Below are positions 39,522 through 48,845 of a DNA stretch of 64,000 nucleotides, in pieces. A program made the translations under genes and the position numbers. The DNA comes from Thiobacillus sp. (GTDB taxonomy: Bacteria > Pseudomonadota > Gammaproteobacteria > Burkholderiales > Thiobacillaceae): NCBI GenBank assembly GCA_036568265.1, contig DATCSW010000011.1:293349-357348 (forward strand), given 5' to 3'. Numbering within the stretch: position 1 is the stretch's first letter; every line of letters begins with the position of its first letter. A model generated the notes under the pieces. It worked only from the letters and a program-made list of their open reading frames with translations, did no database searches and was not told the origin of the DNA.

Positions 39522-39770
39522 TCATTGTCGGGTGACCCACACATGGCGGGCTACGCTGTTTTCAAGCGCGAGCTCGACTTCATCCACCATGAGCAAGGTC
39601 ATGGGGTGTTGCTGGAGCACAGTTAACATGCGCCCCGGCGACAGGCCATAGGCGATGATTTGTTCGCGCTGGGTGGCGTCGATTGCTTCGCCGAGTGTAT
39701 CGACTTGCGCGCGTGCTCCGGCCAGCAGGAAGGCCAGCGGAATGCGTGCATTGAGATCATGCGTACTCAT
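39522..39770 (-). CDS. feoA: FeoA-family protein
   Basis: 82 aa, YGLSPG..L.V..., ELALE..VA..V.V pattern; ATGA overlap with feoB. Confidence 0.7.
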   Translation of the reverse strand: MSTHDLNARIPLAFLLAGARAQVDTLGEAIDATQREQIIAYGLSPGRMLTVLQQHPMTLLMVDEVELALENSVARHVWVTRQ

Positions 39771-41695
39771 ATCCACACCGCCCGCAGCAGATGGTTCAGC
39801 AAGCCGCCGATCAGAAAGGCGAAGGGGACAATGAAGGCAATCATGGCGGCCGCGATTTTCCAGCCCTGTTCTTTCACGATCATCATCACGCTGGCGATGC
39901 ATGGCACGAACAGGGTGATGGTGACCATGCCGACCACGGCCTGAATCGCGGACAACTGATGGCTGAGTGCAAACAGGCCGGTGGCGCCAAAATCGCGTCG
40001 CAGAAATCCCATGACGAAGGCCGCGCTGGCTTCCGGGGGTAGCCCCAGCCATCCCGACACCAGCGGTTCGCCGGCACGAATGATGGCGGGCAGCGCACCA
40101 AACTGATTGAGCAGAAACATGATCAGGGTGCCCAGCAGAAACAATGGAATCACTTCAATCAAATACCATTTGATTCGGCCTACGGTTTTTTTGGCGACGT
40201 TGGCGAATAACGGCAACCGGATCGGCGGCATTTCGGTCACCAGCGGAATACGTCGGCCCGGGATGAGTTTGGCAGCCAGAAAGCCCGCCAGCATCAACAC
40301 GCCGACCATCGACACCACCCAGATCAGCGTGGCGGTAAATGAAATGCCACCCAGCAGACCGAGCACGACGCCCAGTTGGGCCGAGCAGGGGATCGCCAGC
40401 GCCATCAGGAAAATGGTGATCAAGCGCTCGCGCGGGCTGTGCAGAATGCGTGTGGTGAGTGTGGCCATCGTGACGCAGCCGAGCCCCAGCACCATCGGCA
40501 ATACGGCGCGGCCATTCAGGCCGATCAGCTTGAACAGACGATTGGCCAGCACCGACAATCGTGCGAAATACCCAGAGTCTTCGAGCAAGCCAAAGATGAT
40601 GAAGAAGGTGGTGACGATGGGCAGGATGAGCGCCAGCGCATAGGTCATGCCCATGGTCCACAGACCGTATTCTCCGACCAGCAGGTCGACGATCCAGGGG
40701 ATGCTGATGTGCTCTTGCACAAACTGCGTCACGGCGGGGTTGAGGATGCCGCCGAACAGATCCTCTTCCATCAGCCCGACCAGCGTGCCGGCGCCAAACA
40801 CACCGACAAACTCATACAGGGCAAACAGTACGCCCAGCAAAATCGGCCAGGCCCAGAAGCGGTGAATAATCAATTGCCCGATGCGATGCGCAAGCAGTGG
40901 ACTGGCCCGGGCCGTACGCATGGTGACGCGATTGGTGAGCGTGTTGGCCGCTTCGCCGCGTTCGTGTGCGAGCGCAGCCGGGGTGATGCCTTGGGCGTGA
41001 GCGGCGACGCGGAGGGATTCAAATGCCGGATAGGCATCGCCCGCGGTTTCCTGGAGCCAGGTTTCCACTTCACTGTCCTGCCCCAGATAAAGGATGGCCA
41101 GGCCGCGTGCAGCCAGCCGCGGGTGAGGGGCGTGGGCGGTCATTTCCGCTACGAGGTCAGCAAGCGTCGTTTCGGTTGCGGTGTCGTAACGTAGTAGCGC
41201 TTGCGGCGTGCGCGCATCGTCAAGATTGCGCGTGAGCTGGGCAATGCCTTCGCCTCCGGTCGCCACGGTTGGGACAACCGGGATGCCCAGCGCATCAGAC
41301 AGCGCGTGTGCATCGACGGTGACGCCGCGTGCACTGGCTTCATCGTGCATATTGAGCGCCAGTACCGCAGGCAAACCGAGTTCGGCCAGCAGCGCGGTCA
41401 GCGTCAAGGTGCGGCGCAGGTTTTTGGCGTCACCGACCTGGATCACCGTGCGCAGCGGCTCGTGCAGCAGCGCGCGCATGGTGGCGCGTTCGTCATCGCT
41501 GCGAGCCGGGAGCGTGAGCACACCGGGGGTGTCGATCAGGTCGATTTCAGTGTCAAAACGCGCCACAGCGCGTGCTACCTCCACGGTGGTGCCGGGGTAG
41601 TTTGAAACGTTGACATATGCACCGGTCAAGCGGTGAAACAATACAGATTTGCCCACGTTGGGGTTGCCGACAAGAGCGATGGCAGTAGCGGTCAT
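39767..41695 (-). CDS. feoB: Ferrous iron transporter B
   Basis: GNPNVGKS, NYPGTT, DTPG, LEDSGYFAR, LGLGC, IPCSAQ. Confidence 0.95.
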   Translation of the reverse strand: MTATAIALVGNPNVGKSVLFHRLTGAYVNVSNYPGTTVEVARAVARFDTEIDLIDTPGVLTLPARSDDERATMRALLHEPLRTVIQVGDAKNLRRTLTLTALLAELGLPAVLALNMHDEASARGVTVDAHALSDALGIPVVPTVATGGEGIAQLTRNLDDARTPQALLRYDTATETTLADLVAEMTAHAPHPRLAARGLAILYLGQDSEVETWLQETAGDAYPAFESLRVAAHAQGITPAALAHERGEAANTLTNRVTMRTARASPLLAHRIGQLIIHRFWAWPILLGVLFALYEFVGVFGAGTLVGLMEEDLFGGILNPAVTQFVQEHISIPWIVDLLVGEYGLWTMGMTYALALILPIVTTFFIIFGLLEDSGYFARLSVLANRLFKLIGLNGRAVLPMVLGLGCVTMATLTTRILHSPRERLITIFLMALAIPCSAQLGVVLGLLGGISFTATLIWVVSMVGVLMLAGFLAAKLIPGRRIPLVTEMPPIRLPLFANVAKKTVGRIKWYLIEVIPLFLLGTLIMFLLNQFGALPAIIRAGEPLVSGWLGLPPEASAAFVMGFLRRDFGATGLFALSHQLSAIQAVVGMVTITLFVPCIASVMMIVKEQGWKIAAAMIAFIVPFAFLIGGLLNHLLRAVWI

Positions 41696-41770
41696 GGGTG
41701 GGAGTGGGCGGGCAAGAGGTTGGTTAAAAAGCCAGGCAGACCCCATCGGGGCCAGATAATATTTACGCAA

Positions 41771-41799
41771 ACGATAATGATTGGCAATAACATTGTCAA
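41771..41799 (-). promoter_or_regulatory. feoB promoter with Fur box
   Basis: TTGACA-17-TATCGT; GATAATGATTGGCAATAAC matches 14/19 of the Fur consensus. Confidence 0.7.
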
Positions 41800-41856
41800 T
41801 ACAGTTATCATCACGAACCGAAATGAATGTGTCTCATGACTCAATCTGGCACGGTC

Positions 41857-42180
41857 TCAGGCCGCTTGCCCGCCTGTCTGCTCCAGACTGAGGGGGTGCT
41901 TGACGTCTGTCTGGATTGGCGCAGTCAGGGCGTCGGGTGACAGGCCCATTCCGTTCACCAGCCAGACGCCAAACCAGGTGCGGGTAAAGAGATCGAAACA
42001 TGCGCGGCTATGCCAGATCAGTCGCAGCGTGAAAGCGTCATGGCGGCCCTGCGGGGGCGAGAATCGATGGGATGCCAGGCCAGCAATCTGCTGCAGGGTG
42101 AAATGCGTGGTCTGGTAAGCGTGACGGAAATGCGTGTGATGTCTTGGCAGCACGTAAAAGTGATAGGCAATTTCAAGCAT
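41857..42180 (-). CDS. Hypothetical protein, possibly ABM/dimeric alpha-beta barrel
   Basis: 107 aa, 8-bp overlap with the upstream ORF; F..AY...GL.SH.F.....F.L...W.S...F pattern recalls ABM monooxygenases. Confidence 0.5.
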   Translation of the reverse strand: MLEIAYHFYVLPRHHTHFRHAYQTTHFTLQQIAGLASHRFSPPQGRHDAFTLRLIWHSRACFDLFTRTWFGVWLVNGMGLSPDALTAPIQTDVKHPLSLEQTGGQAA

Positions 42181-42502
42181 CGGTCACGACCTCGGTTTGG
42201 GCATGGCATCTGGCAACGGGGCTGATGGCCAGGTGGTTGGGTGTCTGCGTGGTCTCGTGCTGGGCTGCTCTGATCGGGTGAAAGGGTGCGTGACCGCGTG
42301 TCTTGGATAGCGTGACTTCGGGACGTTCCATCTCCAGTTCGTCAGCCAGGCTGAGACAGGCTTCACGTTCGGAGGCCGTCAGCCCCGGATATTCGGCTGC
42401 CCGGAGGAGTAATAGCTGGGCGGTGGCCTGGTTACGGGCGCAGGGTCGACGCAGCATGACCAGTGCGGCAACCAGAAGCGAAGCGGGTTGTGAGGTTGGC
42501 AT
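42173..42502 (-). CDS. Hypothetical protein
   Basis: RBS AAAGGA, co-oriented within the hemP unit. Confidence 0.55.
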   Translation of the reverse strand: MPTSQPASLLVAALVMLRRPCARNQATAQLLLLRAAEYPGLTASEREACLSLADELEMERPEVTLSKTRGHAPFHPIRAAQHETTQTPNHLAISPVARCHAQTEVVTDA

Positions 42503-42515
42503 AGAGGTCCTTTCT

Positions 42516-42737
42516 TCAATGAATGGCCATCACGCTGCAGCAGCGAGGGGCGATAAGAGATGCAATTGGGCACGGCTGCAGCAAACGCTCTACCCGTGGT
42601 GGGAAGGGTGTGCGAGTTTGAGTCCACCATTGACGTCCTGTGGCCCTACTTTTGCCGTTGGCTGGGTGAGTCGGATAGCGTGGTATCCGCACGAAGCGGA
42701 CGGTGGTGGCGGCGCGGTAAAGGGGTGAGGGAATCAT
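42516..42737 (-). CDS. Small hypothetical protein
   Basis: Strong RBS AAGGAG 6 nt before ATG; stop is followed directly by the next RBS. Confidence 0.5.
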   Translation of the reverse strand: MIPSPLYRAATTVRFVRIPRYPTHPANGKSRATGRQWWTQTRTPFPPRVERLLQPCPIASLIAPRCCSVMAIH

Positions 42738-42800
42738 GCCAGTCTCCTTGGTTGGGGTGGCTGGCTGGCGCGAGTGCGCGGGCGGGCTGGGGGGTGGGTA

Positions 42801-42983
42801 TTACTTGGTCAGAATCAGCTTTCCGTTTTTGGTGATGCGCAGACGATAGTGCTCGCCGTTATGACTGATCAGGATTTCCTGATTGCCGTTAAACAAGGCA
42901 TCGGTTGCAATCACGCCGGTTGGGCGTGGGGTGCTTGCTGGTTTGTCAGTTGGTTGGGCAGCGTGAGTAGGCGGTGTTTGCAT
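42801..42983 (-). CDS. hemP: Hemin uptake protein HemP
   Basis: EILISHNGEHYRLRITKNGKLILTK. Confidence 0.92.
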   Translation of the reverse strand: MQTPPTHAAQPTDKPASTPRPTGVIATDALFNGNQEILISHNGEHYRLRITKNGKLILTK

Positions 42984-43045
42984 GGTTTCGATATCGGAAT
43001 AAAACCGTTTGGGTTTCAGTCCCCAGGGTAATTAACATTTATAAG

Positions 43046-43074
43046 AATAATAACGATTCTCATTTGCATGTCAA
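43046..43074 (-). promoter_or_regulatory. hemP promoter with Fur box
   Basis: TTGACA-16-TATTAT; AATGAGAATCGTTATTATT Fur-like box over the -10. Confidence 0.75.
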
Positions 43075-43164
43075 GATCGAAATAAGGGATCTTGCAAAAA
43101 AAATACCAAAAGTTTCAGATGCAAGGTTGTGGACGGCGGATGGGAGGCTTGGTCTGTTGCGGCA

Positions 43165-43203
43165 TCTGTTTTTCATGCAGCGATGCGCTGCATGAAAAAC
43201 AGA
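43165..43203. repeat. Perfect 18-bp inverted repeat with 3-nt loop
   Basis: TCTGTTTTTCATGCAGCG-ATG-CGCTGCATGAAAAACAGA. Confidence 0.9.
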
Positions 43204-43225
43204 ACGGTCGCCCCACAGGGCGACT
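43195..43225 (-). terminator. Terminator of the acpS-nagZ-CDF unit
   Basis: GTCGCCC-TGTG-GGGCGAC followed by CGTTCTGTTTTT. Confidence 0.55.
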
Positions 43226-43323
43226 CGGGTGTGCGCTGGTCGCCACTACGCAGTCGTTGAGTAAAAGCGCATTGTCACGTTGTCAGGTATCGCGAGGCGC
43301 CTGACCAGCCGAACAACGTCTGC

Positions 43324-44286
43324 CTAATGATCCTTGACTGGAAAGGGTTGGCGTACAAGTGGTTCTGCGACCAATGGTTCCGGTTGCAACGTGACATGAC
43401 GAATACCGTGTTGTGTATCCATCGTTTGGCGCGCTGTGGCGAGAATGTCCGGCCAGTCGGACAAGTTGCGTATTTCCAGATGGGCTGAGAGCGCAATGGT
43501 GCCGGAAGACAGTGTCCATACATGCAAATCGTGTACGCGGATGACGCCATTGATGGCCGCCAGATCCTGACCGACCTGATACAGGTGGACATTGGCGGGT
43601 ACGCCTTCCATCAGCACGTGCACGACCTCGCGCAATAAACGTAGCGCCGAAACCAGAATCAGGGCGGCAACCAGCAACGAAAGCAGGGGATCGATCGGGG
43701 TCCAGCCGGTGGTGACGATGACGATGCCGGCGGTGATTGCTGCCACCGAACCCAGTGCATCGCCCAGCACATGCAGCAAGGCGGCTCGCGTGTTGAGCGT
43801 ATGTTCGCCTCGGCTCAACACCCAGGCTACAACCAGGTTGATCGCCAATCCGATGACCGCGACGACGATGACGGTGTTGCCCTGGATTTCACGTGGTGCG
43901 CCCAGGCGGTCGATGGCTTCATGCACGATGTAGCCGATTAGTACCAGCATCAACAAACTGTTGAAGAGCGCTGCCAGCACTTCGGCGCGTACCAGCCCGT
44001 AGGAATGCCGGGCACTGGGCGGGCGTCGGGCCAGCCAGGCGGCGCCTGCAGCAAGGCCAAGCGCGGAACTGTCGGTCAGCATGTGGGCGGCGTCAGATAG
44101 CAGCGCCAGCGAACCCGACCACCATCCTGCCAGCGCTTCGACGCCCGAAAATGACAGCGTCAACAACAAGGCGATGATCAGGGTGCCACTCTTGCTGTCG
44201 TGTCCGACATGATGGTGCGTATGGCTTTCGCCCCGCTCGATCGAGAGTCGCGAATCGTGGGTGGGTGTGTGTTTATGAGCGTGCAC
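43324..44286 (-). CDS. Cation diffusion facilitator transporter (ZitB/CzcD-like)
   Basis: His-rich N-terminus, SLALLSDAAHM, LLHVLGDALGS, VHDLHVW; GTG start assumed. Confidence 0.9.
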   Translation of the reverse strand: MHAHKHTPTHDSRLSIERGESHTHHHVGHDSKSGTLIIALLLTLSFSGVEALAGWWSGSLALLSDAAHMLTDSSALGLAAGAAWLARRPPSARHSYGLVRAEVLAALFNSLLMLVLIGYIVHEAIDRLGAPREIQGNTVIVVAVIGLAINLVVAWVLSRGEHTLNTRAALLHVLGDALGSVAAITAGIVIVTTGWTPIDPLLSLLVAALILVSALRLLREVVHVLMEGVPANVHLYQVGQDLAAINGVIRVHDLHVWTLSSGTIALSAHLEIRNLSDWPDILATARQTMDTQHGIRHVTLQPEPLVAEPLVRQPFPVKDH

Positions 44287-45352
44287 AGTAATCAGTTGGG
44301 TCAGGTTGCAGATTGAGATTGGCCGAGTCCATGCCCAGCCCGGCAATGTGATGCAAAGCGTTGGCATAACGCGCTGATTCGCGTAATGCCGTCATCGATA
44401 GCGGTTGGGGGTGGCCGTGCATGCGAGCAAGGCGCGCGCGCGCCGTAGCGGGCCAATCCACTTTCAGGTTGGCCAGCACTTCATCCGCGAGGTCGGGCCG
44501 GTTGCACACCAGAGCCATGTCGCAGCCTGCTTCAAGTGCGGCAAGCACACGCTCGACGACACCACCCGCCACGCCTGCGGCTTCCATGCAGAGATCGTCG
44601 CTGAACACGGTGCCATCAAACTGCAGTTCATGGCGCAGGATCTGCTGCAGCCAGACAGCCGAGAAGCCGGCGGGCTGGGCGTCGATGTGAGGATAGATCA
44701 CATGCGCCGGCATGATGGCGGCGAGCCCGGCTTCGATCATCAAACGGAAAGGCACCAGATCGGTTGGTTTGATGCTGTCGAGCGGGCGGTCATCGACAGG
44801 GATGGCGACATGCGAATCCGCCACGACATAACCGTGACCGGGAAAATGTTTGCCACACGCGGCCATGCCGGCGTCCTTCATCCCCAGCATCACGGCTTGC
44901 CCCAGTTCGAAAACGGCATGCGGGTCAGCATGGAATGCGCGGTCGCCGATGACGGATGAAGCGCCGTAATCCAGGTCGAGCACGGGGGAGAAGCTGAAAT
45001 CGACGCCATGCGCGCGCAACTCGCTGGCCAGCACATAACCCGTTTCGCGTGCCAGTTCGCGCGCACGTTGTGGATGTTCGTTCCAGATGGTGCCGAAGGT
45101 GCGCATCGAAGGCAGGCGCGTAAAGCCGTCTCGAAACCGCTGTACCCGTCCGCCTTCTTGGTCGACACCGATCAACAGGGGCGCAGGCTTGAGCGCATGG
45201 ATGTCGGCGGTCAGCGCGGCCAGCTGAGCGGGGTCACGATAGTTGCGGGTAAACAGGATGACCCCGCCAACCAGCGGATGCGAGAGCCGCTGACGGTCCT
45301 CGTCAGTCAGTTCGGTACCCGCTACATCGAACATCATGGGGCCAAGTGTCAT
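44273..45352 (-). CDS. nagZ: Beta-N-acetylhexosaminidase
   Basis: GGVILF, DQEGGRVQR, KHFPGHG, DSH, SDDLCM. Confidence 0.95.
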   Translation of the reverse strand: MTLGPMMFDVAGTELTDEDRQRLSHPLVGGVILFTRNYRDPAQLAALTADIHALKPAPLLIGVDQEGGRVQRFRDGFTRLPSMRTFGTIWNEHPQRARELARETGYVLASELRAHGVDFSFSPVLDLDYGASSVIGDRAFHADPHAVFELGQAVMLGMKDAGMAACGKHFPGHGYVVADSHVAIPVDDRPLDSIKPTDLVPFRLMIEAGLAAIMPAHVIYPHIDAQPAGFSAVWLQQILRHELQFDGTVFSDDLCMEAAGVAGGVVERVLAALEAGCDMALVCNRPDLADEVLANLKVDWPATARARLARMHGHPQPLSMTALRESARYANALHHIAGLGMDSANLNLQPDPTDYCARS

Positions 45353-45364
45353 GTGCACTCCTTG

Positions 45365-45790
45365 TTAAAGTCGGGTTTCAGAAGGCGGCGCCTCCGGGTG
45401 AGCAGATGCATCCGATTGTTCCAGTACCACAAACGCCAGCACAAGATCGCCCTCGTCAGATAGCGAGACATGATGTGCGGTAATGCCGCGCGTGGCCAGC
45501 CAGTGTGCCAGCTCGGGTGCACATTCGATATGCGGTTTGCCCTGCGCATCGCGCAGCACGGCCATGTTGCGCAGCGAGACCGGGGCGCGCAGTCCGGTTC
45601 CGGCCGCTTTTGAAAATGCTTCCTTGGCTGCGAAGCACTTGGCCAGAAAGCGGGCCGGATCGCGGCTGGCAAAATAGCCTGCGTGTTCGGCCGGTGCAAG
45701 AATGCGGTCTGCGTAGTGCTCGCCAAAACGCGCCAGCCCATTACGGATGCGGTCGGCATCCAGAAGGTCCGTGCCGATTCCATGAATCAT
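45365..45790 (-). CDS. acpS: Holo-[acyl-carrier-protein] synthase
   Basis: MIHGIGTDL, FAAKEAFSKA.GTG, HVSLSDE. Confidence 0.95.
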   Translation of the reverse strand: MIHGIGTDLLDADRIRNGLARFGEHYADRILAPAEHAGYFASRDPARFLAKCFAAKEAFSKAAGTGLRAPVSLRNMAVLRDAQGKPHIECAPELAHWLATRGITAHHVSLSDEGDLVLAFVVLEQSDASAHPEAPPSETRL

Positions 45791-46644
45791 AACGTCACCT
45801 TGACGGGCAAACCGGCGGCTCGAATCTGGTCGGCAAAATGGTCCAGCCACTCGATCGGCAGACTGGACAAATGGCTGGCCTGCGGCTGCATCGACGGACG
45901 CGCCAGGCCATACAGCAGCACGCCTTTGATCGGGATGCGCTGATCCACGATGCGCTTGACGACGTCGAGATAAGCCGTTTGTTCAGATTCGGCGGGGGGT
46001 GCGCCATCTACTGCCAGTACACAGGTTTGCAGCCAGGTGGGACACAGCTGTGCGGCCATGTTCAGGCGCTCGAATTGCTTCTCGGGGGTGATGCGGGTCT
46101 GGTTGATCGAGCGCATGCCGCTGGCCGTCGCGCTGTCGAACTTGAACCAGACTTCGCCATTCAATGCGGCCATTAACCGCAGACCCTCCTGCACGCGCGG
46201 CCGATCGACCTGGCTGCCGTTGGTGATCAGCACCAGCTTGATTGTGCCGGTCAGATCAAAGTCAGCCATGACCTGGCCAATCAATCTGATCACGTGCGGA
46301 AAAGCCTTGGCAGTCGTGGGTTCGCCGTTACCAGATAGCGCAATATCGTTCAGTCGCCTGACCGCTTCCGGCACGCGCGTCTGCATGAAATCGCCATGGA
46401 GAATATCGGTGAGCATCGCGCGCAGCTCGCGCTCCAGTAATGTCAGGTCGATATCCGGCGCCGTACCACGGATCAGGTCCGGTACCTGGCAATAGACACA
46501 CGCCCAGTTGCAGGCATTGTTGGGATTGAGATTGACGCCCACCGAAACCCCACCCGCTCGTCGTGAGACCACGGGATACACATAAATCATCCCCGCTGTG
46601 TCGCGGTTATGGTCTTCGGGGGTGAGGGGAGCAGTCAGTGCCAT
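45787..46644 (-). CDS. Radical SAM protein
   Basis: CNWACVYC (CxxxCxxC), SGNGEPT, ITNGS. Confidence 0.88.
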   Translation of the reverse strand: MALTAPLTPEDHNRDTAGMIYVYPVVSRRAGGVSVGVNLNPNNACNWACVYCQVPDLIRGTAPDIDLTLLERELRAMLTDILHGDFMQTRVPEAVRRLNDIALSGNGEPTTAKAFPHVIRLIGQVMADFDLTGTIKLVLITNGSQVDRPRVQEGLRLMAALNGEVWFKFDSATASGMRSINQTRITPEKQFERLNMAAQLCPTWLQTCVLAVDGAPPAESEQTAYLDVVKRIVDQRIPIKGVLLYGLARPSMQPQASHLSSLPIEWLDHFADQIRAAGLPVKVTL

Positions 46645-46678
46645 GGCTCAATTTTCGCATCAAGTGCACCGGCACGAC

Positions 46679-46702
46679 AAAAAAACGCCCTGGCGGGCGT
46701 TT
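46679..46702 (-). terminator. Host tRNA-Ser terminator
   Basis: AAACGCCC-GCCA-GGGCGTTTTTTT downstream of the tRNA 3' half. Confidence 0.8.
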
Positions 46703-46715
46703 GGCGGGATGAATC

Positions 46716-46773
46716 TGGCGGAAGCGGTGAGATTCGAACTCACGGAGGACTCACATCCTCGCCGGTTTTCAAG
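46716..46773 (-). pseudogene. 3' half of host tRNA-Ser(TGA) (left att junction)
   Basis: CTTGAAA-ACCGG-CGAGGATGTGAGTCCTC-C-GTGAG-TTCGAAT-CTCAC-CGCTTCC-GCCA. Confidence 0.92.
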
Positions 46774-46894
46774 TAACTGGTAGGCTGATTTTACGCTACT
46801 GTGTGCTTCTTGCGTAAGCTTTACGAGTTCCATGGAAACAAGCATTTGCGCCGGATTTACATTTTGTGTAGCTTGTCATAACTTTACCGGAGCT

Positions 46895-46911
46895 GCTTAC
46901 GCGGTACTTAC
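46895..46911. repeat. Candidate integrase arm-type sites (left)
   Basis: GCTTACGCGGTACTTAC (11-bp period); the same motif recurs at the right end. Confidence 0.5.
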
Positions 46912-46932
46912 CGCACCTTCCGGAGAACAAAA

Positions 46933-48195
46933 ATGGCAAAGCTCACAAAGACCTACATCGACAAAATTACGCCACCGGCAAGCGGGTATGACCTGCATTG
47001 GGACGAGCAAGACCGAGGGTTCGGCTTGCGAGTCACCAAGGACGGGAAGCGCACCTACATCGCACAGGGGCGCGTCAATGGCAAGGAAGCCCGCATCAGC
47101 ATCGGGCCGCATGGTGTATTCACCGCCGACCAAGCCCGCGATGCTGCACGCGAACACCTGCGGAGCATGAGGCAGGGCATTGACCCGCGAACCGTTGCCA
47201 AGGAGCGTGCAGCCGAGACAGTGAGCCTCCGCGACGTGGCAGACGCATACAAGCGCGACCGCCCGCTAAAGGACAGCAGCAAGGCCGAGATTGAGCGCCA
47301 TGTGACCACAACCTTTGAGGCATGGCTCAAGAAGCCTATGGCGAGCATTAACCGCGAGGCGGTCACAAAGCGGTTCAACGAGATTAAGAATCACGGTCTG
47401 CGAGGCGACGGCCCCGCACCAGCGCAAGCCAATCAAGGTTTCAGCGTGCTTCGCGCCCTGTTCAATTACGCGATTCGGGAATACCGCAGGCCTGACGGCA
47501 CAGCGATTATCAAGGACAACCCTGTCGAGGTACTGCATAAGAAATGGGCACCGATCAAGGCCAAGACGACCCGCATACCTGACAGCAAGGTCGGTGCAGT
47601 GTGGTCAGCACTTCAGCAGTGGCGCGAGGTCGCCTACAACCGCGACACCCTAGCCAGCATTGACCTAGTCATGTTCCTAATGCTGACCGGCGCACGCATT
47701 GGCGAGGCGTCCGCGCTGACATGGGACAGGGTCAATCTGGACGAGGCATGGTGGCATCTGCCCGACCCCAAGAACCGCAACCCCGTCTGGCTTCCGCTGT
47801 CGTCGCAAGCGCTGGAACTGCTCAAGAGCCGCCCGCGTGTCAAGGGTAGCGACTTTGTTTTCACCAGTTGGGGCAAGTGCGGCCATATCCGCGACCCCCG
47901 CGACACCATGAACAATCTTAGCGAGGTTGCAGGGCTGCACCTGTCGCCCCACGACCTGCGCCGTACCTTCACGACGATAGGCATTGCCAACTGCGGCATT
48001 GACTTGTTCAAGGTGGAACTGCTGACGAACCATGTGCCCAAGACCGTAACCGAACGCCACTACCTTGAAACGCAGCAGCTTCAATACCTGCTGCCGCAGG
48101 TGCAACAGATAGCCGATTGGATCGAGGCGCAAGCTGTGGTCGCCAAGGTTCAAGCGGGGACAGCGCAGCAGCCCGAGGCGGAGCTGGTCGAATAA
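46933..48195 (+). CDS. int: Tyrosine integrase, P4-like with arm-binding domain
   Basis: GFGLRVTKDGKRTY N-domain; catalytic TGAR, HDLRR, TNH, RHY. Confidence 0.95.
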   Translation: MAKLTKTYIDKITPPASGYDLHWDEQDRGFGLRVTKDGKRTYIAQGRVNGKEARISIGPHGVFTADQARDAAREHLRSMRQGIDPRTVAKERAAETVSLRDVADAYKRDRPLKDSSKAEIERHVTTTFEAWLKKPMASINREAVTKRFNEIKNHGLRGDGPAPAQANQGFSVLRALFNYAIREYRRPDGTAIIKDNPVEVLHKKWAPIKAKTTRIPDSKVGAVWSALQQWREVAYNRDTLASIDLVMFLMLTGARIGEASALTWDRVNLDEAWWHLPDPKNRNPVWLPLSSQALELLKSRPRVKGSDFVFTSWGKCGHIRDPRDTMNNLSEVAGLHLSPHDLRRTFTTIGIANCGIDLFKVELLTNHVPKTVTERHYLETQQLQYLLPQVQQIADWIEAQAVVAKVQAGTAQQPEAELVE

Positions 48196-48482
48196 CCATA
48201 CTGGCGAGATAGCTATTTCATTCCGCGCCCGATTTGCGCCCACACAGACAGAGGCATAAAGTTCGCCTCACACGCGGCCCGGATGGTTTGATGAAAGTAA
48301 CGTGCGTCAAATTGCATCATCAAACTTAGGCCAGTAAAGTTGCCGCAAGTGCAGTGCAGTTACTCACAAGTTCCCGCATTGCACTGAAAGACTCAAGGGC
48401 ATCCCGCCCTTGGGCCGGTTGAAAAAACCGGCACGCCGACGTCATTGGCAGCGCTACCAGACGAGTTCTGGAGCCATACCAA

Positions 48483-48731
48483 ATGACCACAGCATCCAAG
48501 CTGCTTACGACTGCCGAAGCCGCCGCACATATCGGCGTGAAGCCCAACACCCTCGAACGCTGGCGCACTTACGGCACCGGCCCCGAGTTCATCAAGATCA
48601 ATCCGCATTCCTTGCGCTCGCCCATTCGCTACCGCGAATCCGTCCTTGAGGCGTGGCTGGCAGAGCGCACCTGCACCAACACCAGCCAGTATCCGCTGCC
48701 AAGCCGCAGCCCGGTACATGCGACCGTTTAG
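48483..48731 (+). CDS. AlpA/excisionase-like HTH protein
   Basis: LLTTAEAAAHIGVKPNTLERWR..GTGPEF, IRY....LEAWL. Confidence 0.85.
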   Translation: MTTASKLLTTAEAAAHIGVKPNTLERWRTYGTGPEFIKINPHSLRSPIRYRESVLEAWLAERTCTNTSQYPLPSRSPVHATV

Positions 48732-48845
48732 CGACCAGCGTACATCCAAAACGATGGCCTTGAACGATCAAACCCAATGCAGCCGCAGGACTTGCGTGAG
48801 TCAGTACGGCACGCAAAAGCCCAGCGTAAGGAATCAGGAAAAACC

